DNA from: Eledone cirrhosa
Lineage: Eukaryota
Direction: 5' to 3'
DNA: 64,000 nt
Assembly: GCA_964016885.1 (NCBI GenBank)
Contig: OZ024759.1
Location: 29,388,001-29,452,000, forward strand
Shown: positions 13,068 to 26,106 of the stretch, in pieces
Numbering within the stretch: position 1 is the first letter of the stretch
Layout: each line of letters starts with the position of its first letter
Translations under genes and position numbers: made by a program
The notes under the pieces: generated by a model
Told to the model about the DNA's origin: nothing
What the model saw: the letters and a program-made list of their open reading frames with translations, nothing else
Database searches by the model: none

Positions 13068-13450
13068 CCCTGGAAGTTCATCAGGCTGGTGTTTATCCCA
13101 GTTTCCTTGGCTTTAAGTGACTCAGTGTGTAAGACTCTCTCCTGGACCGGATGCCAGTCCATAGCAGGGTTAAACTCCCAGGATTAAACCTTGGAGGCTC
13201 ATCAGGTGGTGTTTATCCCAGTTTCCTTGGCTTTAAGCAACTGAGAGTACAAGACTTTCCCCTGGACAGGATGCCAGTCCATAGCAGGGTTAAATTCCCA
13301 GCCACTGCTGGTTTTCATTTTCAGCTGAGTATACTGGAGCAATGTGAAACAAAGTGTTTTGCTCAAGAACACAACACACAACCCAGTCCAAGAATCGAAC
13401 CGAAGACATGACCGTAAGTCCAACACTTTAACCACTGTCACACTCCTTCA
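13068..13450 (-). mobile_element. tRNA-derived SINE with an internal ~120-bp tandem duplication
   Basis: tcatcagg..tggtgtttatcccagtttccttgg...ggatgccagtccatagcagggttaaa occurs twice; box B (gaatcgaac) near 13391. Confidence 0.6.
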
Positions 13451-13629
13451 CAGATTTTACAAGACTGTTAATATAAAATTAATATGAGTCTATTAATGTT
13501 AAGTTATTATAGGTTTGTTAACAATATGTAATGAATTAGTATTGTAAACAAAACTAACAATGTTAATATAAGGCTGATAATGTTATGTAATAAACTGTGA
13601 TGTAAGCGTGACTACTAATGTTAAATTAG

Positions 13630-13920
13630 TATAAAGCTCTAAATGTTAAATTAATATTAACTAGTATTGTTAACTAGTATTAATAAGACTATTAATGTTA
13701 ACTAGTATTAAATTAATATTAACTAGTATAAAATTAATATTAACTAGTATTAAATTAATATAAGACTTTTAATGTTAACTAGTATTAAGTTAATATAAGA
13801 CTATTACTGTTAACTAGTATCAAGTTAATATAAGACTATTAATGTTAACTAGTATTAAATTAATATTAATTTGTATTGTTAACTAGTATTAAATTAATAT
13901 AAGACTATTAATGTTAACTA
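13630..13920. repeat. AT-rich degenerate tandem repeat (~35 bp, taactagtattaaattaatataagactattaatgt)
   Basis: Repeated TTAACTAGTATT motif. Confidence 0.7.
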
Positions 13921-14651
13921 ATAAATTATGTTGTGACGTTACAAAAAGGTTAAATAGTTTATTTCAAAATCACGTGCGTTGTATATGCTTGCTTTTATCT
14001 GCTCTTGACTTTCTCATATTTCTTCATTTCACTCCTTTCTCATATTCATCGCTGGCATGTATTGGTTTATGTTGTGTCATAGTATTGTGAAAGTACGGGA
14101 TGTAAGGGTTGGGGGCTTCAGCTCATGATCGTAAGGTCATGAGTTCAATTGACCAGGCCGGACCAGAGAACACGTTATTTTCCTGAACAAGTCACTTTAT
14201 TGTTTGTACCTGTAATTCAATGAGGTCCAGATTTTGTCACACATTCTGTCATACTGGACGCCAGTGAGAACTACATTAAAGCTACACGTGGCTGTGAAAT
14301 TCTTAGCCACTTAGACATAAATTTCATAAGCAGGCAGTTCCGTTGTTTGAATCAGCTAGAGTAATCGTTGTCAGATGTGATGGAGTTACAACAACAGAAA
14401 CAGCAACTGGATAGAATTTGACTACAACATAGATAGATTGTCAGTCTCCACTTGTGACTCTGCCTTTGGCAATGATTTCCACTTTGATGCCAAACTTTAG
14501 CTCATAATAATATCCTGTTATGATTTAGAAAGAATCTAAACTATAATAAAGGGAGGAACGCGGGATTGCATATAGTTTATAATTTTTTATCCCATTAGTA
14601 AAATAAGTTGGATTACTTTGAATAAATAATGAATGAATATTACATAATTTA

Positions 14652-14849
14652 TCTACTAAATTTCATGGCTGTTCATTAAATATATTTTGTTTATTTAAAG
14701 ATTCATTTCTTTAAAATTTCTGAAATGTCAACACTTCCGGTTGGCAATCGCTTAAATAAACATACTTCCGGTTGGCGATCGCTTAAATAAACATACTTCC
14801 GGTTGGCGATCGCTTAAATAAACCACCTGAAGGGTGGTTTTTTTGCTAG
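14652..14849 (+). mobile_element. Short non-autonomous Helitron carrying 3 x 31-bp tandem repeats with ETS motifs
   Basis: A|TCTACTA 5' end; hairpin AAACCACC-TGAAG-GGTGGTTT, then CTAG|T 3' end; ACTTCCGG at 14733, 14764 and 14795. Confidence 0.65.
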
Positions 14850-14911
14850 TATCTATAAAAATCTTGTTTGTTTAATTTAAATGTTCATAGTATCTTTACT
14901 AGTGAATAAAG

Positions 14912-14955
<44 letters not shown>

Positions 14956-15934
14956 CATCATCATCTTAACCATTGTTTAACGTTTATTTTCCATGTTAGC
15001 ATGGGTTAGACAGGTTGGCCTCATTAGAGGCAAATTGGGTCGGGTGACCGTGTCTTGCTCATATAAGACTGTTTCTGGTTAGATTTCTACGGCTGGATGC
15101 CTTTCCTAATGCCAACCACATTTACAGTGTGTGCTGGGTGCTTTTAGTTGTGACACCTACCCGACCACTTTCTCACTTTACTAACAGCTCCTCTGTACAT
15201 GACTTACCCTGCCCTGACAAGCCAGTCCTCTATGTCTAGTTTCCTTCTGTAACACCAGGTAACAGATTGAGATACATTATCAAAAGCCTTCTAGATCGAC
15301 AAAAGCTAAAGTTTATTTTTAGCTGGGAACTTTTCTTGTTGTTTTTTCACCAGGAAGAAGGCATCTGTAGTACTTTTCTCTGGTACAAAACTGAACTACA
15401 TCTCGTTTAATTTGAGTCTTTCCCTAATTAGTTGTGTTAAGACTCTTTCTTTTATTTTCATTACCTGGTCCATTAGTTTTATTTCCTTTCTCGTGGAAGA
15501 TGGACGTTAAGCGATGATGATGAGTATAATACTGTAGTATTCATTAGGTATGACTTCATTTTATATATATTCATATGTATACATGCATATTATCATCATC
15601 ATTGTTTAACATCCATCTTCCACGCTAGCATGGGTTAGACAGGTTTGTCCCACTTGAGGCAAAATTGGTCGGGTGACCGTGTCTTGCTCGTTTAGAATTG
15701 TTTCTGGCTGGTTTTCTATGGCTGGATGCTCTTCTTAATGCCAACTACACTTACAGTGTGGACTGGGAGCCTTTTTACCGTGTCTCCTACACAACCACTT
15801 TACAGTGTGGACTGGGTACTTTTTGACACCTATACAACCACTTTACAGTAAACATTGTGTATACGTAGCTGATCTCTCAGCTTTTAACGAAGTAATGAGG
15901 CGATAAAGTTAATATAAAGAATGGTGTGCTGTGC

Positions 15935-16072
15935 TATAAAATAGGGTGAAGACCTTAAAGATGGAAAAAGAAGTTACCATCGGCTGTTATGAAGAATCAA
16001 ACCCACTACCTCCCAGATACCGGCCGATGGCAACTTCTTTTTGTGCCTTTAAGGGTTTCACCCTATTTTATA
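15935..16072. repeat. Imperfect ~50-bp inverted repeat around a tRNA box B-like spacer
   Basis: tataaaatagggtgaa...gaagttaccatcggc / gccgatggcaacttc...ttcaccctattttata. Confidence 0.7.
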
Positions 16073-17430
16073 AGCTATTTTATACCACCTCCATGCATGA
16101 GCACACTGTTCTTTATATACATATATATATATTCGTATATATCATTAGGCAGTGAATTGGCAGAGTCAAATCCCACAGGGGTCAACTTTGCCTTTCATCC
16201 TTTTGAGGTTGATAAAAAAAGGTACCAGTCCAGTACTGGGGTCGATTCTTCCTCTATAGAAAAAATTGGCTTTGTTCAGTCCTGGAGAGGGTTCGGCTTC
16301 CCCAGGTTTTAAAGTGCCCTAGACACGCCATTTGACGGTGCCTTTATGACTCCACGAGGAGTTATGGGATCTTTATCGTCATCATCGTTATTATACGCCC
16401 GCTTTTCCCTGCTTGCATCATCATCATCAACATACTTTTACGTTTGCTTTTCCTTGCTTGCAAATCCACACCAGTATGGGAAAGTGAATATAAACATAAC
16501 ATCATCAAAATAAGTGGGCAATGGCAACGGAAAAATGGACGAAATACAGTACAGTCCCTTCTCATCAGTCAACCGCTGGAGGTCATTGTGGTTTTGGTAT
16601 TAAGGATGATACCACTAGCTCTAGTGTACATGGGCAGGGCAATAACAAATGGACACATGACAGGTCAATTGTTTTTTTTTTTTACTACTTACAAACAAAT
16701 AAAATTTGCTCCAAACCAATGTGCTGCAACTGAGAAGAAGAGATAGAAACAAATCCCAACATATTAGCCAAGAAGAGAAAATATGCACAGAAGGTGAAGT
16801 GAGAGAAAAAATTATTTGTTTGGACGTAAGTCCTAAATAGACAGACACAGCAGAAGGAACAGAGAGACAGAGAGAGAAAAAAGAAAGAAAGAGAGGATGT
16901 AGGCAGAAGGTGAAATGATTGTTTTGGGTTGTTTAGTGTGTGCGTGCGTGCACACACACACACACACACACACCATAATCATCATTATCATCACCATTTA
17001 ATGTTCATTTTCCACACTAGCATGAATTAGACGAGTTGCCCCATTGTGAGACAAACCAGGTCTGTAACCATGTCTTATTCATACAGAACTGTTTCTACTG
17101 CTGGATGCTCTTCCTAACCCCAACCACATTTACAGTGAATGCTAGGTGCGCTTTTTGTGGTGATAACTTGACAACCACTTTACAGTGTGGACTGAGCACT
17201 TTTTGTCGTCACACCTACATAACCACTTTACAGAATGGGCTGGGCGTTTTTTTGTTGTGTCACTTACATCCCCACTTTACAAATATATATATATATTTCC
17301 ATTGTCTTTGTCTTGTGCCCACACGTCCATTTTCTTTTTAAATACCTAAATATATATCATCATAATCATCATCGTTTAACTTTCATTTCCCTGCCTGCAT
17401 GGGTTAGACAGGTTGTCATGTTATATATAT

Positions 17431-17730
17431 ATATTAAAATACAAATATTAATAAAATAGATGTTCTTTTGATCAATTACATTTTATTATACATATTTCGG
17501 ATGTACAACAGTACGTCCTCATCAGACAAAATATAATGATACATGACATACCCTGAGATGTTAAATGGTTAAGATTTAAATAAAATGTAATTGATCAAAA
17601 GAACATCTATTTTATTAATATTTGTATTTTAATATTAATAACTCTGGAAAATTATTTCACGTAGAGTGCTTCCAATCTACTGTAAAACTAATTCTTTGAT
17701 GTACTCATTGAATCTTGTTTAACTCTTTAA
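17431..17730 (+). mobile_element. Foldback element family D, equal to the 3' end of the Naiad-like element, with an inverted 5' piece
   Basis: 57-bp perfect arms 17431-17487 / 17579-17635; 17579-17710 aligns to 28852-28982. Confidence 0.85.
17481..17531 (-). ncRNA. Type I hammerhead ribozyme
   Basis: TTTTGT-CTGATGA-GGACGTAC TGTT GTACATCC-GAAA-TATGTA-TA-ATAAAA. Confidence 0.8.
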
Positions 17731-17740
17731 TATATATATA

Positions 17741-18047
17741 CTTCGTTTTTGAATTTGTTTTGTAAGATTTCTTATCTGAAAACGTGTGTTGAAACAGATA
17801 TTGTTATACTTTGGAAGGGTTATACTGCTGATAAAAAACAAGATGTTGTCGAACATATCAAAAGAGAGACACGAAATAAGAAATCGCTCATGAGATCACA
17901 GAACTTGTGACGTAAGAGCTTTAACAATATATAAACAACCATCCGGTTACTGAACCAACCGACTGGAAATTTATAATAAATTGAAGTGAAAACCAACAGG
18001 TGCATGTGTTTTTATTGGCAGCATAACCCTCTCCAAGTATAACAATA
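17741..18047 (-). mobile_element. Family I element with internal inversion and ~40-bp inverted arms
   Basis: 17799-17838 vs 18008-18047; interior inverted relative to the 9262-9510 copy; degenerate core CTCATGA...GTAA. Confidence 0.7.
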
Positions 18048-18060
18048 TATATATATATAT

Positions 18061-18420
18061 ATAAACATTTGAATTTGTAAAGCCAAGACAATGCAGGTAT
18101 GGATATAGAATAAAAAATGCAAATGCAAAAGATATTGCTGACAATTAGTCTTTTACCTTAGATTTATTTAAATGTCCTTAATTTTCGAGATAATATCTCT
18201 TCTTCAGAGGGAAGTAAAGTGGTTAAACCAGTGTTCTAAATAGCTTGCCAAGTCATAAAGTTAAGGACATTTAAATAAATCTAAGGTAAAAGACTAATTG
18301 TCAACAATATCTTTTGCATTTGCATTTTTTATTCTATGTCCATACCTGCATTGTCTTGGCTTTACAAATTCAAACGTTTATACCTCATTACACAATGCTT
18401 CAAGTGAACTATAACTTCCT

Positions 18421-18422
<2 letters not shown>
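18061..18422 (+). mobile_element. Foldback element: ~120-bp arms, hammerhead in the spacer, tail into (TA)n
   Basis: 18061-18181 vs 18261-18381 near-perfect reverse complements. Confidence 0.8.
18176..18210 (-). ncRNA. Minimal type I hammerhead ribozyme
   Basis: CCT-CTGAAGA-A-GAGAT ATT ATCTC-GAAA-ATT-A-AGG; palindromic AATT stem III. Confidence 0.65.
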
Positions 18423-18490
<68 letters not shown>

Positions 18491-18844
18491 TACACATGAT
18501 ATTCTCATACATGTTATTAAGTATTCAAAAACTATAGAGTCAGATCATCATCATCATTTTACGCCCCTTTTCCCTACTTGTAAGGGTGGGACGGGTCCTC
18601 TTCAGCACAGCTTCTCTCCATTTGTCACATTCCTTCGCCATCTCCTCTGTGAGCCTCAGCGATCTGAGGTCTGCTCTCATCCCCTCTGCTTATGTTTTTC
18701 GTCGTCTTCCTCTATTGCGCTTCCTTCCACTGGGATTTCTTGGCACTTCTTTACCCAGCGGTCATCATCCATGTGCATCACATGGCCATAATAACGTAGT
18801 CTTCTCTTCTGCACACTACAGTTTATTCCTCTTATCTATATATA

Positions 18845-19205
18845 CTAGCTGACATACCTAGCTTCGCCCAGGTAAACAGATGAAAAGAGAAGACAGGTAG
18901 AAAAAAAAAACGACTGCATTGGATGCATTGTCTGGTTTACAGTATGAGGCGAGACCGTGTGTGTGTGTGTATGATAAAAAAAAAAACAGTAAAGAATCTT
19001 CCAGATACACTAGTTTCTTCGTTTTATCGTTCGTGCATAGTATATGAAGATTTCTAGATGTTTCCACACATCCATGGGTAAAAAGTGATTCTCTTGTATT
19101 CAATCCTACAACTTTGAAACTCTGAGCCTGAGCTTTATTTATGGTCATAGCAAAACTGGCTCATACAGCAAACTGAAGTCTTGAGAATTTGAATGCCAGC
19201 TCGCA
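18845..19205 (-). mobile_element. Helitron 3' end with Pif1-like helicase C-terminal remnant
   Basis: FKFSRLQFAV*ASFAMTINKAQAQSFKVVGL...FTHG...KTKKLVY; ends in hairpin CCTGGGCGAAGCTAGG plus CTAG|T. Confidence 0.85.
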
Positions 19206-19865
19206 AGCTAAATACCCTAACCACTAAGTCATGCATCTTCACAGGAAACAAACACTGGAAGATAAAAAAAAAAAAGAATTGGCAAAGTCGTTAGAAGGTA
19301 ATATTAAATGATTAAATACTTTGTGGCATTTATTCTGGCTGTCTGAGCTCTGAGTTCAAATTCCAATGAGGTTAACTTTGCTTTTCATTCTTTCGGGGTC
19401 AAGAAAATAAAAGTACCAAGTCGAGAGGGATGTGGGTTGATGGAATTGTTAGTGTGTCAGATGAGTTGCTTTATGGTATCTGTGCATTATGAGTTCAAAT
19501 TCTGCACATTTGTCCAACCCACACTTGACTAGCGTGGACAGGTAGGCCTAAAAGAAAACTATCAATATAATTGGAAAGGTCCACCCCACAGCAGATTGAA
19601 AATCAGCTGGGTCGAAATAAATTTGAAGAAGGGCAAAAATGATCAGTTCAGGGTATATTAAGTTCAGAATATAATGTGAACTTTATGCAGCTCATTTAAA
19701 GATTTTTATGGGAATATGGTTTTGACCCTTATGCAGGATATTTAAAAAATTTTTGGGAATATGGTTTGAGCCTTATGCAGGATATTTAAAGACTTTTGGG
19801 GAATATGATCTGGTTTTTATGCAGGTTATTTAAAGCTTTTTCTGGGAGTCTAGAACAAATACTTG

Positions 19866-20225
19866 ATAGGTATCACTTGTATAAAGCAGTGTTGGCAGCA
19901 CGATGCTCTTGTACAGGTGCAGCTTGATCCTGGTGTTGATGCATTAAGACGACCAGACTGGGTGCATCTGCTGGAAAACTGCGGTTCCTTTGCCGAGCCG
20001 ACAGTTGATATTGAGCTCCGCGTCGCCATTGTTTGCCAAGAGGCTGCCCAGATAGGTGAAGTGATCGACTTCTTCCAGGTCTTGTTGGTTGACTCTGATT
20101 GCTGAACTTGTGTTGTTGGCCGTCCTCATCACCTTGGTCTTTTTGGTGTTGATTCTCAGACCAATCTTTTCCACACTCTCTTGCAGGGATGTTGTTAGAG
20201 CCTGCAGATCTGCACTGTCTTCAGT
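19866..20225 (-). mobile_element. RTE-clade LINE RT fragment
   Basis: GLRINTKKTKVM...LEEVDHFTYLGS...INCRLGKG...KLHLYKSIVLPTLLY. Confidence 0.88.
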
Positions 20226-21560
20226 GATCAAAGTGATATTGATCACTACAATTAAATTGACTAAATTTGGCCCCTCCAATTCAGAAATGCTTCCACCACC
20301 CTTGAGACATACCTATGTTGTATCAAATACATAAAATACACAGGTATCTGTAGATTTACACACACACATGTATAATAAAGATGTCCTGCTCGTAAACTAC
20401 ATGATCGTAATCCTAGAGAAGGTAGAAATTGTGTTTTTACCTTTCTATAAAATAAATAACTAGTATAACAATTAAATTTCCTTGATATTGTCTGCATATG
20501 TCTTTCCACCCCTCCTTTTTTTTCTTTATTTTAAATCCCTTCTGACCCCCTTTTTATTGATATGTTTTGTTTTGTAAATCCTTTATTAGTATTTGTTTAT
20601 TCATTATATAATATTGTATTTATATTTGTATAATGAAGTAGGTTTTTCTACATTAACGTATTAACAGCACCCGCCTTTTATTTTTATGGTCTTGTGATTT
20701 CAAATACATGTATATATTCTCACAAACACACACAAGTGCACACGTGAATAGACATTAAATAAGGTGAACAAGTTAAACCAACACCCCATAAGAAGTAATG
20801 TTGAAACATGTAGAAAATTTCCCACAGTGAAAGATTGTGAAGTCGTAACAAATAAACACTGAAATAAACTTTGTAGTTATTGTTTTGATAAATACAGCTG
20901 CCAGGCAAGATCAAGAAATGTCAAAAGCAGACAACATACCTAAATTTGAGAGAGGGAGAGAGAATGTAACGCCTGTGATTGTCAATTTGGTGTAAGTGGA
21001 TTGACCTTGCTAGAAATGGCAAAAGAAAACTTCCTCAAAGTTCATTTTCACTCTTGCCAGTCAGTAGAAATCAAGAAATGTTCTATTTAACAATTCTTGT
21101 TCAGAAGACTACGAGGTAATTGCAACTAACGTGTGTGATTGTCATTGTGGTGGCTCGAACTTGCTAGACACAGTAACTGAAATGTACCTGAAAGTTAGGA
21201 TAGAGGGTTTAAGATTGGGGTTGGGTTTAAGGATAGGGTTGATTTTGGGTTTAACCCATTAGCATTTAAACCAGCCAGAATTCTCTCACCTCTTTCTGTT
21301 CAAACTGATGTTAAGGTATTGTTCTCAAAATAAATAATATCAAAATCTCATAGATTCGATATTATATGAGATAAAGACTTTACCTTGAAAATACAATAGT
21401 TGGAGCTGTGATCTCTCAATTTGGAGAAGTAGTGGCTCTACCTGGAGTGACTCTATGATCTCGAGCTATGCACTTTACTGAGTAACGTTACTCCAAAGAC
21501 CCTTCGGAAAAACCCCATTTCAGCTGCTTGTATTCGCAATTGTATTCTTTTGGTTGTTGA

Positions 21561-21606
21561 TTGTCCAAATATAGGTCAACATATATGTTGACCTATATTT
21601 GGACAA
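21561..21606. repeat. 46-bp perfect palindrome centred on a short TA run
   Basis: ttgtccaaatataggtcaacata|tatgttgacctatatttggacaa; extends imperfectly over 21552-21615. Confidence 0.85.
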
Positions 21607-21863
21607 CCAGCAACCTATTTACTATAGTCTGCATATCACTAGCTTCGTGAAACTCCGTTTGTTGATGTCTTGTTGGACTTACATAACTATCATCTAATGC
21701 CTCTGAAATGTACATAGCAGTTAATGAATTGGAGTATGGAAAAGTAGAGATGTGCCTTCATATTTATTGAGGTTAACTTTGCCTTTCATCCTTAAGAGGT
21801 CGATGAAATAATGTACCAGTAATGCATTGGGATAATTGGTGGCCTTGTGCCAAAAGTAGAAAC

Positions 21864-21898
<35 letters not shown>

Positions 21899-22315
21899 TA
21901 TACATGCATGCACATGTGTGATGTTGATTACACACACACATATGCACATGTACGTGAGAATGAGTACTCAATTCCGAAGTAGAGTTTAATATCTTTATTA
22001 TGGCTAAGTGAAGAATTGTTACTCTGGAGTTTCACCTGTGTACTCACAGGATCATGTGAAACTCCAGACTCACCACTATTATTATTATTGGGGTCGATAA
22101 AATAAAGTACCAGTAATGCACTGGGGTCGATTTAATTGACTCCCCACTCTATTGTTGGCCTTGTGCCTAAATCAGAAACCATTATTATATGTAAGGATGA
22201 AAGCCGAGGTTGACTTTGCCTTTCATCCTTACGGGGTCGATAAAATAAAGTACCAGTAATGCACTGGGTAATTGCTGGCCGTGTGCCTAAAGTAGAAACA
22301 AGTATTATATTATAT

Positions 22316-22348
<33 letters not shown>

Positions 22349-22550
22349 ATAAATAGTTCTAGACGAGTGAGACACGGTCACCCGACCAATCTTGCCTCAA
22401 GTGGGACAAACCCATCCAACCCATGCTAGCGTGGAAGATGGACGTTAAACGACGACGACGATGATATATATATGTGTGTGTGTGTGTATACATATATGTA
22501 TATATATATGTGTGTCTATACGTATATGTGTATATATATATATATATATA

Positions 22551-22792
22551 GTAAGAATATTTTCGAAACAGCAAGTGGATTTGAAATTATTAGAAATGTT
22601 AGCTATCGCCGTATTTTGACTAAGGAAATTAAAGAAATTATTTAGCCTGATAGTGGGGTTAAGAACCCTCGGAGAATACGTCAATACTAATCTTTTTCCA
22701 TTTCTCCGAGGGTTCTTAACCCCACTATCAGACTAAATAATTTCTTTAATTTCCTTAGTCAAAATACGGTGATAGCTAACATTTCTAATAAT
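22551..22792 (-). mobile_element. Foldback element with 91-bp arms between (TA)n runs
   Basis: 22586-22676 vs 22702-22792, about 2 mismatches. Confidence 0.8.
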
Positions 22793-22799
22793 ATATATA

Positions 22800-23130
22800 T
22801 ACGATATTAATAAATGGAAACTATATTTATAAAACCATATTTATTTCATTATACATATTTCAGGGATACCAAATTAAAATATTGTATGCCTTCATCAGAC
22901 AAAATACAATATATATATTTTGTCTAATGAAGACATACAATATTTTAATTTGGTATCCCTGAAATATGTATAATGAAATAAATATTGGCAACATGACCCT
23001 CCCAAAGTATAGAAATAAATATAGTTTCCATTTATTAATATCGTATATCTACTCCCAAAACTTGTCGAGTGCTTTATATCAGTTATAAAATATTTACTTG
23101 TTGTATCCCAACAATTTTAAATAGAACTTT

Positions 23131-23133
<3 letters not shown>
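22800..23133 (+). mobile_element. Foldback element family C with hammerhead-bearing arms
   Basis: Nested inverted repeat 22800-23044; tail as in 1121-1212. Confidence 0.8.
22843..22905 (-). ncRNA. Type I hammerhead ribozyme
   Basis: ATTTTGT-CTGATGA-AGGCATAC...GTATCCCT-GAAA-TATGTA-TA-ATGAAAT; the opposite arm has a mutated core (CTAATGA). Confidence 0.75.
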
Positions 23134-23205
<72 letters not shown>

Positions 23206-23627
23206 GAATAATCGAGTATCGAAAAATCAGCTCACGAATTTACGATAAACAAAATCCAACATGAATGGCAGAGGGCTCAATAATTCAGATAAATCAGAGC
23301 TATAACTATCGTTAAGATACCAACACACAAAGATTATGCCTAAAATCACCCGTGCAGCCGAAAAATTACGACCAAGAAGATTCGGGTCACTCAGATAAAA
23401 TATAAAGACAGATGTTTGCATCAACAACGGGAAGGAAAGTACTGAGTAATATAGTGGGTTTATTGAAATCTGATGATTCCCTCCTTTGATGTGTCATCGT
23501 GTGATGTCATCATTGCTAAATTGAGCTTCTCCTGGAGGCATTCCTTCAGGTGACAAATAGATTCTCATTATTGTCACAGGTAACACAAACTCTCTAAATA
23601 ATAACAGAGTGAATCATCTACATTAAG

Positions 23628-23725
23628 ATGTGTGTGTGTATATACAGTATGTTTGTGTGTGTGTGTATATATATGTTTGTGTGTGTATATATATATATGT
23701 TTGTGTGTGTATATATATATATGTT

Positions 23726-23756
<31 letters not shown>

Positions 23757-24005
23757 GTTTGTGTGTATATATATGTTTGTGTGTATATATATATATGTTT
23801 GTGTGTGTATATATATATGTTTGTGTGTGTATATATATATATGTTTGTGTGTGTATATATATATATGTTTGTGTGTGTATATATATGTTTGTGTGTGTAT
23901 ATATATATGTTTGTGTGTGTATATATATATATGTTTGTGTGTGTATATATATATATGTTTGTGTGTGTATATATATGTGTGTGTGTATATATATATATAT
24001 ATGTT

Positions 24006-24040
<35 letters not shown>

Positions 24041-24187
24041 GTTTGTGTGTATATATATGTTTGTGTGTGTATATATATATGTTTGTGTGTGTATATATAT
24101 ATGTTTGTGTGTGTATATATATATATGTTTGTGTGTGTATATATATATATGTTTGTGTGTGTATATATATGTGTGTGTGTATATATA

Positions 24188-24229
<42 letters not shown>

Positions 24230-26075
24230 TGTGTGTATATATATGTTTGTGTGTGTATATATATATGTTTGTGTGTATATATATGTTTGTGTGTATATAT
24301 ATATATGTTTGTGTGTGTATATATATATATGTTTGTGTGTGTATATATATATATGTTTGTGTGTGTATATATATATATGTTTGTGTGTGTATATATATAT
24401 ATGTTTGTGTGTGTATATATATATATATGTTTGTGTGTGTATATATATGTTTGTGTGTATATATATATATGTTTGTGTGTGTATATATATATGTTTGTGT
24501 GTGTGTATATATATGTTTGTGTGTGTATATATATATGTTTGTGTGTGTATATATATATATATGTTTCTGTGTGTGTATATATATGTTTGTGTGTGTATAT
24601 ATATGTTTGTGTGTATATATATTTGTTTGTGTGTGTATATATATATATGTTTGTGTGTGTGTATATATATGTTTGTGTGTGTATATATATATATATCTGT
24701 TTGTGTGTATATATATGTTTGTGTGTGTATATATACGTTTGTGTGTGTATATATATGTTTGTGTGTGTATTTATATATATATATTTGTGTGTATATATAT
24801 GTTTGTGTGTGTGTATATATATGTTTGTGTGTGTGTATATATATGTTTGTGTGTATATATATATATATGTTTGTGTGTGTATATATGTTTGTGTGTGTAT
24901 ATATATATGTTTGTGTGTGTATATATATGTTTGTGTGTGTATATATATGTTTGTGTGTGTATATATGTTTGTGTGTGTATATATGTTTGTGTGTATATAT
25001 GTTTGTGTGTGTATATATGTTTGTGTGTGTATATATATATATGTTTGTGTGTGTATATATATGTTTGTGTGTGTATATATATATGTTTGTGTGTGTATAT
25101 ATATATGTTTGTGTGTGTATATATATGTTTGTGTGTATATATATATATGTTTGTGTGTATATATATATATGTTTGTGTGTGTATATATATATATGTTTGT
25201 GTGTGTATATATATATATATGTTTGTGTGTGTATATATATATATGTTTGTGTGTGTATATATATGTTTGTGTGTGTATATATATGTTTGTGTGTGTATAT
25301 ATATGTTTGTGTGTGTATATATATGTTTGTGTGTGTATATATATGTTTGTGTGTGTATATATATGTTTGTGTGTGTATATATGTTTGTGTGTGTATATAT
25401 GTTTGTGTGTATATATGTTTGTGTGTGTATATATATATATGTTTGTGTGTGTATATATATATATGTTTGTGTGTGTATATATATGTTTGTGTGTGTATAT
25501 ATATATATGTTTGTGTGTGTATATATATATATGTTTGTGTGTGTATATATATGTTTGTGTGTATATATATATATGTTTGTATGTATATATATATATGTTT
25601 GTGTGTGTATATATATATGTTTGTGTGTGTATATATATATATGTTTGTGTGTGTATATATATACATATGTTTGTGTGTGTGTATATATATATATGTTTGT
25701 GTGTGTATATATGTTTGTGTGTGTGTATATATATGTTTGTGTGTGTATATATATGTTTGTGTGTGTATATATATATGTTTGTGTGTGTATATATATGTTT
25801 GTGTGTGTATATATATGTTTGTGTGTGTATATATGTTTGTGTGTATATATGTTTGTGTGTGTATATATGTTTGTGTGTGTATATATGTTTGTGTGTGTAT
25901 ATATATGTTTGTGTGTGTATATATATGTTTGTGTGTGTATATATGTTTGTGTGTATATATGTTTGTGTGTGTATATATGTTTGTGTGTGTATATATATGT
26001 TTGTGTGTGGATATATATATGTTTGTGTGTGTATATATATATATATGTTTGTGTGTGTATATATATATATATGTT

Positions 26076-26106
<31 letters not shown>

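Noticed and set aside
13075-13230. GAAAC...CTGATGA on the minus strand as a permuted (type II) hammerhead
   Set aside because: Could not form consistent stems I and III or an NUH triplet in either copy.
14820-14845. Bacterial intrinsic terminator (hairpin plus T-run)
   Set aside because: Eukaryotic context; better explained as a Helitron subterminal hairpin before CTAG.
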